The position numbers were made by a program, and so were the translations under genes. From Polyangiales bacterium (lineage in GTDB: Bacteria > Myxococcota_A > Polyangia > Polyangiales > Polyangiaceae): a stretch of 64,000 bases of DNA. The stretch spans positions 3,444 to 67,443 of the forward strand of contig JBBRMI010000019.1 of NCBI GenBank assembly GCA_038230915.1, written 5' to 3'. Shown here in pieces: positions 49,937-58,852 of the stretch. Position 1 is the stretch's first letter. Each line of letters begins with the position of its first letter. The notes beneath the pieces are model-generated. The model did no database searches and was not told the DNA's origin. It saw only the letters and a program-made list of their open reading frames with translations.

Positions 49937-50615
49937 GCCTGCTCGGTTGCAAGGCGCGTGCCGGCGGCGGAGCGTTCGGCTCGGCGGTAGAAGCGCGCCT
50001 TGTTCAGCTCCACGGCGAGCGCGTACAGCGCCGTGATCAGCAGCAGCGCGACGACCATGACCGCCGGCAACGGCGCGAAGCCGATCCGCTTCGAAACCGG
50101 GAGAAACGGCACCAAGATGCCCACCACACCGACCACGCATGAGCTGACGAGCACGAACTTGCCCGGGCGGCTCTTGTAGAAGGGCCTGCGTGTGCGCAGC
50201 AACAGCGCGACGACGATCTCGGTCAGCAAGGATTCCACGAACCAGCCGCTTCTGAACAGCTCGGGCCGGGCGCGCAGCCAGAGTAGCGCGCCGCGCAAGC
50301 GTCGCTCGCGACTCGAAAAAATACCGTGTTCACGGGCGCGAACGTGCGCAGCGGCAGCGCGCGCGCGGTCGTCGTCGCGAACTCACCGGTCACCGCGGAC
50401 GCCGTCGCCGCAAACACCAGCAGCAACGTAAGCGGGCTCTTGATTTGATTGCCCGGCACACCGAGCCACGTCAGACGTTGCTCACGCAGCGTGTTTGGGC
50501 CGAACCGAGCCAGTCGATCGGCGACCTGCCCAGACGTCAAACCGCTCGGCGTGGCGTCGAGCCGGGTGAGCAGCGCGTCCACGGCCAGCGACCAATACGC
50601 CTCGAGACCTGGCAA
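49933..50615 (-). pseudogene. mgtA: Mg2+-transporting P-type ATPase (MgtA-like) with most of the interior deleted
   Basis: N-terminus 'GLTSGQVADRLARFGPN...QIKSPLTLLLVFAA' lies next to C-terminus 'LFRSGWFVESLLTE...RTRRPFYKSRPG'; no DKTGT. Confidence 0.85.
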
Positions 50616-50688
50616 GGTCGCCTGCGCGCGTGCCCGCTCAGAGCTCCGAGCGACGCTGGGGTTTCATGGTTTAAGTGGGCCGGCCTTT

Positions 50689-50913
50689 TGCACGCGGCGT
50701 GCCGTAGCCAGAAGCCCCGTACTCAAGGCACGCGGCGAGTTTCGCGCGTCGCGCCGCCCAACCGGCGCAGAAACTGCGTCGCTGCGCGCAATTTGCGGGA
50801 CCGACCGAATCTGCGCGGTGAGGCGAAGTTGCCCACGCCTAGGTGTTGCGCTCGGCGCGAGATGCCGAGCGAGACCGCAGGACCGCGCCAGCGTTGCCGG
50901 CTCGCTCCTTGCT
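50689..50913. promoter_or_regulatory. Divergent sigma54 promoters (mgtA remnant / TerB-like operon) sharing two palindromes
   Basis: CGGCACGCCGCGTGCA (minus, 50689-50704); GCGCAGAAACTGCGT (50765-50779); GCGCGCAATTTGCGG (50784-50798); CGGCTCGCTCCTTGCT (plus, 50898-50913). Confidence 0.65.
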
Positions 50914-50960
50914 TACACTCCATGAATCGAACGACCGCCTGGAACCCAGACGAGGCAAAC

Positions 50961-51431
50961 ATGGAACGGGATAAACTACACAGCTCATTCGAGCGACTCG
51001 GCATTCAGCCTAGCGACTATCGCGTGCTGAAGCTCTTGCCACTCATCTACGTGGCTTGGGCCGACGGCAAGATGGAGAGCGTGAAAAAGGAACGCATCCA
51101 TTCGTTCGCAGCGCGACACTACGACCTGAGCGCAGCCGCCATGACGGTCCTGAGCCGCTGGCTCGAGACGCCCCCAACCCACGCCTACATCGTCGAGGGC
51201 TTGCGTGACATTTACTTCTTGGCCGCGGCGCCCGATGACATCGAGGTCGACTTCAGTGAGCTGCCCGCGCTCCTTTCCTATGCCGAAGGCGTTGCGCGCA
51301 GCACGGCCAAGGCCCTGGACCAGCCGGAGACCGTCAGCCCCGCCGAGGACAGCGCGCTCGAGGAAATCGCGAGAGAGCTCGGCATCGATCACGGTGAAAG
51401 CTGGGCCAAGTTGCTCAAGGAGCTGCGCTAG
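50961..51431 (+). CDS. TerB-like protein
   Basis: 'LLPLIYVAWADGKM', 'VSPAEDSALEEIARELG'. Confidence 0.6.
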   Translation: MERDKLHSSFERLGIQPSDYRVLKLLPLIYVAWADGKMESVKKERIHSFAARHYDLSAAAMTVLSRWLETPPTHAYIVEGLRDIYFLAAAPDDIEVDFSELPALLSYAEGVARSTAKALDQPETVSPAEDSALEEIARELGIDHGESWAKLLKELR

Positions 51432-51432
51432 G

Positions 51433-52545
51433 TTGGCCGGCGCCGGCGAGCTGCCAAGTCACATCGATCCGGAGCTCACCCGCATCCTTCAGCGGTCGGT
51501 TCCCGGCGCCCAGATCTTGAAAACGGCGGCGCTGGGCGCTGACGCGGAGTCGCGACGCGAGCAAGCGACCGCCAAGGCTGCGGGCTATGGCGTTCCGGTT
51601 CGCATCGATGCTTTGGTCGATGGCCAGCGACGAAGCTTCGTTCTCCACGGTACGAGCTCGAACCAGTTCGGGCACGATCGACGCTCGGACAGGGCAGCGG
51701 AGCTCCTGTTGGCCGCTGATACCTTCTCGGGCATCCCGCGTCACGTCCAGGCTCTAGAAGTGGGGGCACTGCGGCAAGACGGCAGCAGCGTCTCCCTGAC
51801 GGATACGCGCGAGTTCTACCTTCTCACCGACTACCTAGATGGACATCCGTATGCCGAGGACCTGCGACTGATTGCCAACATGCGCGCCGCCGAGCCCGCA
51901 GACGTGCGCCGTGTGCGGGCGCTCGTTGACTATTTGGTTTTCCTGCATGTGCGGCGCGAAGAGGACGGCAAAATCTACGAGCGCTCACTGCGCGATTTGC
52001 TCGGCAGCGGCGAAGGCATCTTCGGCATCGTCGATGCCTACCCGGCTTCGACGCCGGGCGTGGACTCGAAAAGGCTGAAGCAGATTGAGGCCAAGTGTCT
52101 GGACTGGCGCTGGCGACTGAAGCAGCGCCCGGAACGCCTCGCTCGAATCCACGGCGACTTTCATCCGTTCAATGTGCTCTTCGACGAGCAAGCAGGACTT
52201 CGAGTGCTCGACACGAGTCGCGGTTCGCTCGGCGATCCCGCCGATGACGTGACGTGCATGGCGGTCAATTTCATCTTCTTCGCGATCGAGGATGTGGCGG
52301 CTTGGCAGGGCGCCTTCTCGTTTCTGTGGCGCGAATTCTGGAGCGACTACCTGTCACGCACGAAAGATGAAGAGCTCCTCTTGGTCGCCGCGCCTTTCAT
52401 AGCCTGGCGACTGCTCGTGTTGGCATGCCCGGTTTGGTACCCGAACCTTTCGAACAGCGCTCGCGACCGCTTGTTGTCGTTCATCGAGCTGACGCTCGGG
52501 CAAGAGCGCTTCGATCCTAGTCTCGCGGACCGGGTGTTTCGATGA
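51433..52545 (+). CDS. Aminoglycoside-phosphotransferase-like (APH/choline kinase fold) protein
   Basis: 'IHGDFHPFNVLF', 'LD', 'GDPADD'; start uncertain. Confidence 0.8.
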   Translation: MAGAGELPSHIDPELTRILQRSVPGAQILKTAALGADAESRREQATAKAAGYGVPVRIDALVDGQRRSFVLHGTSSNQFGHDRRSDRAAELLLAADTFSGIPRHVQALEVGALRQDGSSVSLTDTREFYLLTDYLDGHPYAEDLRLIANMRAAEPADVRRVRALVDYLVFLHVRREEDGKIYERSLRDLLGSGEGIFGIVDAYPASTPGVDSKRLKQIEAKCLDWRWRLKQRPERLARIHGDFHPFNVLFDEQAGLRVLDTSRGSLGDPADDVTCMAVNFIFFAIEDVAAWQGAFSFLWREFWSDYLSRTKDEELLLVAAPFIAWRLLVLACPVWYPNLSNSARDRLLSFIELTLGQERFDPSLADRVFR

Positions 52546-53072
52546 GCGGCGTGGTGATTTGGTTCACCGGCTTGCCCTCGTCGGGAAAATCCACGCTGGC
52601 AGGTCTCACGCGCAGCCGCTTGGGCGACCTCGAGCGAGGCTCTTGCGTGCTGGACGGGGACGTGGTTCGTCAGCTTATCGCCCCCAAGCTGCGCTACTCG
52701 GACGGCGATCGGGCCGAATTCTATCTAGCGCTCGCGAGCCTGGCGGCCGAGCTGGCTCGACAAGGTCTGATTGTGCTCGTCGCCGCCACCGCGCATCTCC
52801 GGGAATATCGTCGCCAGGCGCGGCAACTCGCGCCCCACTTCGTCGAGGTGTGGGTAACGACGCCGCTTTCGGAATGTCGCAAGCGCGACAATAAGGGACT
52901 CTACGCTCGCGGGGACGCGGACGCGGACGCGACCAAATTGCCTGGAGCGAGCACGCCCTACGAAGAGCCGGAAGCTGCCGAAGTCCGAGCGAGTGGCGGC
53001 CACGACGCAGCGGCGGTCGAACGAATCGTGAGCATTTTGCGGCAAAACGCATTGCAGTCAGCGGTAACATGA
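52542..53072 (+). CDS. cysC: Adenylyl-sulfate kinase-like P-loop kinase
   Basis: 'WFTGLPSSGKST', 'LDGDVVR', 'CRKRDNKGLYAR', 'PYEEP'. Confidence 0.8.
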   Translation: MSGVVIWFTGLPSSGKSTLAGLTRSRLGDLERGSCVLDGDVVRQLIAPKLRYSDGDRAEFYLALASLAAELARQGLIVLVAATAHLREYRRQARQLAPHFVEVWVTTPLSECRKRDNKGLYARGDADADATKLPGASTPYEEPEAAEVRASGGHDAAAVERIVSILRQNALQSAVT

Positions 53073-54175
53073 ACGGCAGCAACAGCTCAACATCAGTCCT
53101 GCAATGGACCATCGTCGCACTCACCGCAGCAGCGATGTACGTCTGCTGGCCGCTCTGGCCCGCGCTCGTCCTCGCGGCCTGGACGGCGGCACTTGCTCGC
53201 CCGCTATTGGTGCGCTTCGAGCGCGTGCTCAAGGGCAGGCGCCGCGCAGCGGCCGTGCTGTCACTGTTGCTATTTCTCGTCCTGGCGCTGCCGCTGGTTG
53301 CGATTGTACTGGGGGTTGTCTCCGGGGCGCAGCAGCTCGCGCACCTGATCGCGCAGCAGTCGTCGGCACAGGGCGCCCTTGCGTCGATTGCCACGGGGAC
53401 CGGCGCTTCACCCACGCCGCGCCTGCCGAACGACGTGGCGTCGGCGCTGGAGCTGGTGCGACGCTATGGGGCGCAGAGCGCGAACTTCCTTCAGAACATC
53501 GCGGGCGCAGCGGCCAGCGGCGTGATTGCCCTGTTCATCTATTTCGCCGGTGCGCACGCCTTTCTGCTCCACGGCTCGAGTTTGTGGGTGTGGGTCAGGC
53601 GCCACTCCCCGATTGAAGCCGGCCACCTCGAGCGTTACAGCGCGGCCTTTCACGAGACGGGTCGAGGCCTGCTGGTTGGGGTGGGGCTGACCAGCGCAAC
53701 CCAAGGGGCGGTCGCTACGTTGGCGTACCTCGCGCTCGGCGTTCCGAGCTGGTGGGTACTTGGCCCGATCACCGGGTTGGCCTCGATGATCCCGGTCGTG
53801 GGCTCGGGCCTGGTCTGGGCGCCGCTCACCTTCGGGTTCTTCCTCACGGGTCACACGATCAAGGGCTCCGTTCTGGCGGTGCTTGGCTTCGCCGTCATCA
53901 GCAGCGTCGACAATCTGCTGCGCCCCGTCTTCGCGCACTTCGGCTCGCTGAGAATGCCGACGTTTCTTTTGTTCGTGTCGCTCTTCGGCGGCATGGCCGC
54001 CTTCGGTGCGTGGGGCGCGATCCTCGGGCCGCTCATCGTCCGCCTTTGGATCGAAGCGCTCGCCGTGCAAAGTGATGCCCTTCGCGCCACCTCAGCCAGC
54101 GCCGCCAATTCTAGCTCGGCGTTCGTGAAATGCGTTGAGGGTTCTGGCCCAGATCGTGCGAAACCGCAGGCATAG
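53069..54175 (+). CDS. AI-2E family transporter
   Basis: Multiple TMs, 'MIPVVGSGLVW', 'VDNLLRP', 'LFGG..AFG..G.ILGP'. Confidence 0.88.
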   Translation: MNGSNSSTSVLQWTIVALTAAAMYVCWPLWPALVLAAWTAALARPLLVRFERVLKGRRRAAAVLSLLLFLVLALPLVAIVLGVVSGAQQLAHLIAQQSSAQGALASIATGTGASPTPRLPNDVASALELVRRYGAQSANFLQNIAGAAASGVIALFIYFAGAHAFLLHGSSLWVWVRRHSPIEAGHLERYSAAFHETGRGLLVGVGLTSATQGAVATLAYLALGVPSWWVLGPITGLASMIPVVGSGLVWAPLTFGFFLTGHTIKGSVLAVLGFAVISSVDNLLRPVFAHFGSLRMPTFLLFVSLFGGMAAFGAWGAILGPLIVRLWIEALAVQSDALRATSASAANSSSAFVKCVEGSGPDRAKPQA

Positions 54176-54194
54176 GGTTCGTGCAGCGTTCGGG

Positions 54195-54335
54195 GAGGCC
54201 GAAGAATACCTGTTCGGTCGCCAGATCCCGAACTTCTACTTCCACGTCGTCACCGCCTACGACATCCTGCGCAGTGGCGGCGTGCCGCTCGGAAAAGCCG
54301 ACTACCTCGGTGAGCTCGGCCTGATCGACGCCTGA
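54195..54335 (+). pseudogene. C-terminal remnant of a DUF1993-family protein
   Basis: 'YLFGRQIPNFYFHVVTAYDILRSGGVPLGKADYLG'. Confidence 0.75.
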
Positions 54336-54372
54336 AGCCAGCCGCGCCAATTGCGGCGAAGGCGTACCCTCG

Positions 54373-54657
54373 GCGCAGTATTTGCGGTGCGGTTGCTCGG
54401 GACGAGCGCGCCGGTGGCACAATTCGCGGTCAATCGCCACCAGCCACGCTCGGCGTACGGCTGGCGCGTGGCTTGCTAATGGTGCCCCCGGAGAACGAAA
54501 GGAGCAGGCGAAATTCGCTGCCGTTCGGGGTCGAGCGCAACGACTGCGCAGCGCAGATCGGCTGGGCGCAAATGGTTCGCGCCCACACCCGTGAGCCCCT
54601 GGCGGCGATCGTTCGGTCGCCTGCTTTTCACGCTCCGCACGTGGCATCAATACTGCT
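54373..54657 (+). promoter_or_regulatory. Palindrome plus two sigma54 promoter candidates
   Basis: GCGCAGTATTTGCGG (54373-54387); TGGCGCGTGGCTTGCT (54462-54477); TGGCATCAATACTGCT (54642-54657). Confidence 0.5.
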
Positions 54658-54774
54658 TCAGGCGTTGCATGATCGTTTGCGGCACTGAGCCCAAAGCCGT
54701 CGGCTTGCGACACGAAAGAGTCATCGCACCCCAAAGCCTCGCAGACGGCTCTCACTCGATGAAGGAGCAAGAAG

Positions 54775-54981
54775 ATGTGCCAGCGCGTAACCTGTAAGAC
54801 CTGTGGAAAACCGACGTTTGCGGGCTGCGGCCGGCACGTGGAGTCGGTTTTGAGCGACGTTCCAGTTGAAGCCAGGTGCCGGTGCCGAGAAACGGCCAAC
54901 GAAGCTGAGGCGACGCCCAGCAAGGGTCGCAGGACGTGGCTGTCGGCGCTGCTGAGCGGCCCGAGCGGGAGGCGACCGTGA
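54775..54981 (+). CDS. Small Cys-rich protein, copy 2
   Basis: 'MCQRVTCKTCGKPTFAGCGRHVESVLSDVPVEARCRC'; AAGGAG RBS. Confidence 0.82.
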   Translation: MCQRVTCKTCGKPTFAGCGRHVESVLSDVPVEARCRCRETANEAEATPSKGRRTWLSALLSGPSGRRP

Positions 54982-55406
54982 AAGCCGTCATCGATTCGGC
55001 TGGCGGCGTTGCGAGCCGTGTACGACTCGGCTCACACGAGCTTTTGTTCGATCAAGCCAGCCCAGTTCCGGGCGGTGACGACCGCGGCCCCTCACCGCTC
55101 GACGTGATGGCGGCAGCCGTTGGAGCTTGTGCCCACTACTTCGCCGCCGCGTTTCTCTTCGCACGCAAGCTTTCGCCGGGAGGCCTTCGCGTCGAAGTCG
55201 AGGCCGAAAAAGTGCGCGAGCCTTCGCCCCGGTTCGGCCGATTCTCGATACGCGTGACGCTGCCTGCAAGCGTACCCGAACAGTACCTGCCGCAAATCGA
55301 GCGTGTGGTTCGCAACTGTCCGGCCTACGGAACGCTGCTGCATCCGCCGGACGTCGAGTTAATCCTCGCGAAAGAAGTACCGGACGCGCGCGAGCCGGCA
55401 GCCTAG
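54978..55406 (+). CDS. OsmC/Ohr-family protein, copy 2
   Basis: 'GGDDRGPSPLDVMAAAVGAC', 'NCPAY'; GTGA overlap. Confidence 0.88.
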   Translation: MKAVIDSAGGVASRVRLGSHELLFDQASPVPGGDDRGPSPLDVMAAAVGACAHYFAAAFLFARKLSPGGLRVEVEAEKVREPSPRFGRFSIRVTLPASVPEQYLPQIERVVRNCPAYGTLLHPPDVELILAKEVPDAREPAA

Positions 55407-55456
55407 CCGGCCTGCGCGGCGTGCGACGCCGCACGAGGCTAACCAGCGCGGTGCGC

Positions 55457-55879
55457 TCACAAGCCGAGGCGTTCCGCGATATCAGCGGCCTTCAGCGCTC
55501 CACTAACGCGCGCTGTCTCGCGACCCGCTCGGAACGCCACGAGTGTGGGAATGCTGCGAATGCCAAAGCGTGCGCTCAGTTCCGGCTGTGCGTCGGTATC
55601 TACTTTGGCGACGATCGCCCGGCCGGCGCTGGATCCTGCGAGCCTTTCCAGCTCGGGCGCCACAGCGCGGCAGGGTCCGCACCATGCCGCCCAAAAGTCG
55701 ACAACGACGGGCACCTTGGCGTCTCTCACGAGCTCCTGAAATTCTTCCAGGCTGGCGACCGCGATCGGGGTCCGCAAGGGCAACAGAGGCGCTTTGCAGG
55801 CTGCGCAGCGTGCCTTGTCCAGTAAGCGAGCCGCTGGCAAACGATTCTCTTGAGAGCAGGCAGCACAGGCGATGCGCAT
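55457..55879 (-). CDS. trxC: Thioredoxin with N-terminal Zn-finger (TrxC-like), copy 2
   Basis: CAAC/CAAC plus 'DFWAAWCGPC'. Confidence 0.9.
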   Translation of the reverse strand: MRIACAACSQENRLPAARLLDKARCAACKAPLLPLRTPIAVASLEEFQELVRDAKVPVVVDFWAAWCGPCRAVAPELERLAGSSAGRAIVAKVDTDAQPELSARFGIRSIPTLVAFRAGRETARVSGALKAADIAERLGL

Positions 55880-56031
55880 ACTGAACAGCGTGTGCCCGAA
55901 TACCGCGATGTCAACCGTGGGCGTCAGCCGACAGTACGGTCAGCGCAGTTTTGCGTTTCGGGGTCCCTACGGCGATGCCCACGTGTACCTGTGCACCGGC
56001 CACTGCAGCACGGGATCCAGATTGCTACATC

Positions 56032-56481
56032 CTACTGGAATGGCAGGGCTTCTACTCCCGTGCTCCTGACATCCAGTCTGGCAGCGCGACTCTGCCACGC
56101 CTCGACGGCGCCTGAAGCAACGAGAATGCCGGCCAGAGTCGCGACCGCCGCGAGACGGCCCTCACCCAGCTGTGCCAGCGCGGTGCCGGGACAGGTGCCC
56201 GACAGAGCCCAACCGACGCCGAACAGCAGAGCACCTGCGATGAGCCCGGGTGTCATCGGCTTCGGCGTTAGGGCGATCGGTTGGCCATCGAAGGTTTTGG
56301 CGGAGCTGCGCCGCACGAGCCAAAAGGCCAACGAGAGGATGGCTATCGCGATGGCCATGACGCCTGCGAGGTGCAGGTTGCGAAACGTAAACATATCTCG
56401 GATGGCGTCGTAGTCGGTAGCGCCGACTCGGCTCAGCACGAAACCAAACAGGGCGCCAAACACCAGAGTTCTGCCGTTCAT
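56032..56481 (-). CDS. YeeE/YedE-family sulfur-compound transporter (short form)
   Basis: 'GALFGFVL', 'GALLFGVGWALSGTCPG'. Confidence 0.87.
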   Translation of the reverse strand: MNGRTLVFGALFGFVLSRVGATDYDAIRDMFTFRNLHLAGVMAIAIAILSLAFWLVRRSSAKTFDGQPIALTPKPMTPGLIAGALLFGVGWALSGTCPGTALAQLGEGRLAAVATLAGILVASGAVEAWQSRAARLDVRSTGVEALPFQ

Positions 56482-56484
56482 GTC

Positions 56485-57723
56485 TTAAAACCCTCCGTGC
56501 AGGAACAATACAAGTCGTGTGGTCGCAAAGCCACCGAGCATGAAGAGCGCGGTGGCCAGCCAACTCGCGCGAGCGCCGAGCGCCGTACCGACGATGCCGT
56601 GCCCCGATGTGCAGCCTCCGGCAAGCCGGGCGCCAGCGCCGACCAACAGCCCAGAACCGAAAAGCAGCGCCAACTTCGGACCAATCCCGTGAACGAGCTG
56701 GTCGAGGCTGCCCATGGCGAGCGTCGGTACGCGACCGCCAAGCAACGCGGCGATGGCGCCACCGAACACGATGCCGACGAGGAAGCGTGGTCGCCAAGAG
56801 GCACGGGCAGATGCGCTCACGGGCAGGCGGCACACCTCTCCGCAACCAGCCGACACCCCCAGCTGCTTGTTCTCCACGAACAGCAAGGCAAGCGCGACCG
56901 CGGCGATGGCTGCTCCGCCCAGCCACCACGGCCAGCGCGTGACGAAGACCGCCACGTAGGCCGGCGACCGCCGCGCGAGCTCGTGAAGCTGATGAGTCAC
57001 AACGAACAGCGCAACCAGGATGACCAGCCACGCAAAGCCGCTCCGCAGCGATTCCGGACGCACTTTCTTGACGAGCATGCCACCGGCGACGCTCCCGACC
57101 GTCGCGAGCGCGGTTACCGGCAGCACGATGTGCCAAGGGATGGTGGCGTGTCCCAGGTGACCCACGAACCCTGCGAAGGATTGCATCGAGATGACGAGCA
57201 GGGATGTGGCGACAGCTCGTCTCATAGGCATACCGCCGAGAAGCACCAATGCCGGCACAATCAGGAAGCCACCGCCCGCACCCACCAGGCCCGCGGTCAC
57301 GCCCACACCAAAACCATGCAAGAGGATGTTCGAGAGCGGCGCAGTCGAGACCGCTTCGGGCTTTCTCGAAACGGCCTTGCCGCGGAGCATCGCAGCAGCC
57401 GTAACCAGCATCATGATACCGAAGCCGAGCAGCAGAATGGAGTCAGGGATGAACCGCGTGACGCTGCCGCCCGCATAAGCCCCGAGCATCGCCGCGACGC
57501 CGAAGAGCAGGCCCGTACGAAACACGACAAGGCCGCCCCGCACATGAGTGACGAGAGCCGCTGCGCTGGTCACTCCGACGATCAGCAATGACGCCGCGAT
57601 CGCGGCCTTCGGCGGAACTCCGAGCACGTAGGTCAGGATCGGAACGGCCAAGATGGAACCGCCCCCACCGAACAGCCCTAACGCTAGCCCGATAAAGAGA
57701 GAGAGGGTGAGCCCGAGCGCCAT
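56485..57723 (-). CDS. TauE/SafE (TSUP) exporter fused to a YeeE/YedE domain
   Basis: 'GLFGGGGSILAVP', 'GLVGAGGGFLIVP', 'AVATSL', then 'WPWWLGG...LGVS...GARLAGGCTSGHG'. Confidence 0.85.
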   Translation of the reverse strand: MALGLTLSLFIGLALGLFGGGGSILAVPILTYVLGVPPKAAIAASLLIVGVTSAAALVTHVRGGLVVFRTGLLFGVAAMLGAYAGGSVTRFIPDSILLLGFGIMMLVTAAAMLRGKAVSRKPEAVSTAPLSNILLHGFGVGVTAGLVGAGGGFLIVPALVLLGGMPMRRAVATSLLVISMQSFAGFVGHLGHATIPWHIVLPVTALATVGSVAGGMLVKKVRPESLRSGFAWLVILVALFVVTHQLHELARRSPAYVAVFVTRWPWWLGGAAIAAVALALLFVENKQLGVSAGCGEVCRLPVSASARASWRPRFLVGIVFGGAIAALLGGRVPTLAMGSLDQLVHGIGPKLALLFGSGLLVGAGARLAGGCTSGHGIVGTALGARASWLATALFMLGGFATTRLVLFLHGGF

Positions 57724-57726
57724 TTC

Positions 57727-58800
57727 TTAACCCTGCGCCGGAGTCGTTGGCGTTTCTCGCCCGCAGGCCAGGTTTGCTGGCACCGCGACTTGAATCCGCT
57801 TGGGTGGTGCGAGGTTGAGCTCGCTCATGATGGCACCGAACTCTTCACGCGTTTTGCCGGCGAGCCGTGGATTGTGACGCCGCTCTTCGCCGATCGTCGA
57901 GACAGCGTGCCCGTGGTAGTCGTGGCCGGGCCAGACGACTGTTTGCTCCGGCAGCACGAACAGCTTCTGCGTGATGGAATCGTAGAGCGCGCCGGCATCT
58001 CCGTTTTGAAAGTCGGTCCGGCCCGTGCCGCGAACGAACAGGGCATCACCCGTAAAGACGTGGCCGCTGGCGTAGAAGCTCAGGCTGTCCTGCGTGTGAC
58101 CAGGTGTTTCGAGTACGCGCAGGGTTGTGTCGCCGAAGCGAACCACGTCGCCATCGCGCAGGTGGCGCATGGCGCACGCAGCTCCGAGCTTGGACGCGGC
58201 GGTCAGTGCTCCCGTTCGCTCGGCCAGCGCCGCAGCGCTCGTGACGTGATCGGCGTGAACGTGCGTCTCGAGTGCGTATTTGAGAGTCAGGCCTAGCTCG
58301 CTGAGCAGCCGAATATCGCGTTCGAGTTGCTCACGCACGGGGTCGATCATCACTGCCTCGCGCGTGGCGTCGTCGATGAGCAAGTACGTGAAGGTGAAGG
58401 TGTCCTGGTCGAAGAGTTGTCTGACTTGCATCGGAAGCTCGTCGGTGAGAGCCGGCCCGCGCGGAAAGGGTTCGTAGAATATTTGCGTAGCGAATTCAGC
58501 TACTTGCGAAGCGTCGCTCAGGCCGCCGAGGTCGCTGACCGACGCGAATCCCGCCTCGAGCAGCAATTGAGCAGCGGCCCCGCTCCGTCGCCCGCTGCGG
58601 CAGTACACAGCAACGGGCCGGTCCTTCGGCCCTAGCTCGGCTAGCCTGCCGGCCAGCTCTTGCACCGGGACGTTGACGGCGCCGTTCAGGTGTCCGGTGG
58701 CAAACTCATCGGGGCGGCGCACGTCGAGTAACGTCGCTCGGCCGAGGCCTGCTGCTTGGTCGGATCGAACGTGCTGATTGCGGGGATCGGAAGAAAACAT
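57727..58800 (-). CDS. Rhodanese + persulfide dioxygenase (ETHE1-like MBL) fusion
   Basis: 'LLDVR...GHLNGA...YCRSGRRS', then 'RQLFD', 'ETHVHADHVT', 'TPGHT', 'GTGRTDFQ', 'PGHDY', 'VPANLACG'. Confidence 0.9.
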   Translation of the reverse strand: MFSSDPRNQHVRSDQAAGLGRATLLDVRRPDEFATGHLNGAVNVPVQELAGRLAELGPKDRPVAVYCRSGRRSGAAAQLLLEAGFASVSDLGGLSDASQVAEFATQIFYEPFPRGPALTDELPMQVRQLFDQDTFTFTYLLIDDATREAVMIDPVREQLERDIRLLSELGLTLKYALETHVHADHVTSAAALAERTGALTAASKLGAACAMRHLRDGDVVRFGDTTLRVLETPGHTQDSLSFYASGHVFTGDALFVRGTGRTDFQNGDAGALYDSITQKLFVLPEQTVVWPGHDYHGHAVSTIGEERRHNPRLAGKTREEFGAIMSELNLAPPKRIQVAVPANLACGRETPTTPAQG

Positions 58801-58819
58801 TGGCCGCTCCTGACCGTTC

Positions 58820-58844
58820 GAGCCAGGAGCAGCAAAAAGGATTC
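58820..58844 (-). promoter_or_regulatory. Candidate ECF-sigma promoter of the persulfide dioxygenase operon
   Basis: GAATCC-N14-GGCTC, 20 bp before the ATG; motif recurs at 60404, 59706, 54726 and 27386. Confidence 0.5.
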
Positions 58845-58852
58845 GCGCCGTG

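Noticed and set aside
51433-52545. Aminoglycoside resistance gene
   Set aside because: Only the generic APH/choline-kinase fold motif is visible; the length and operon context argue for a metabolic kinase.
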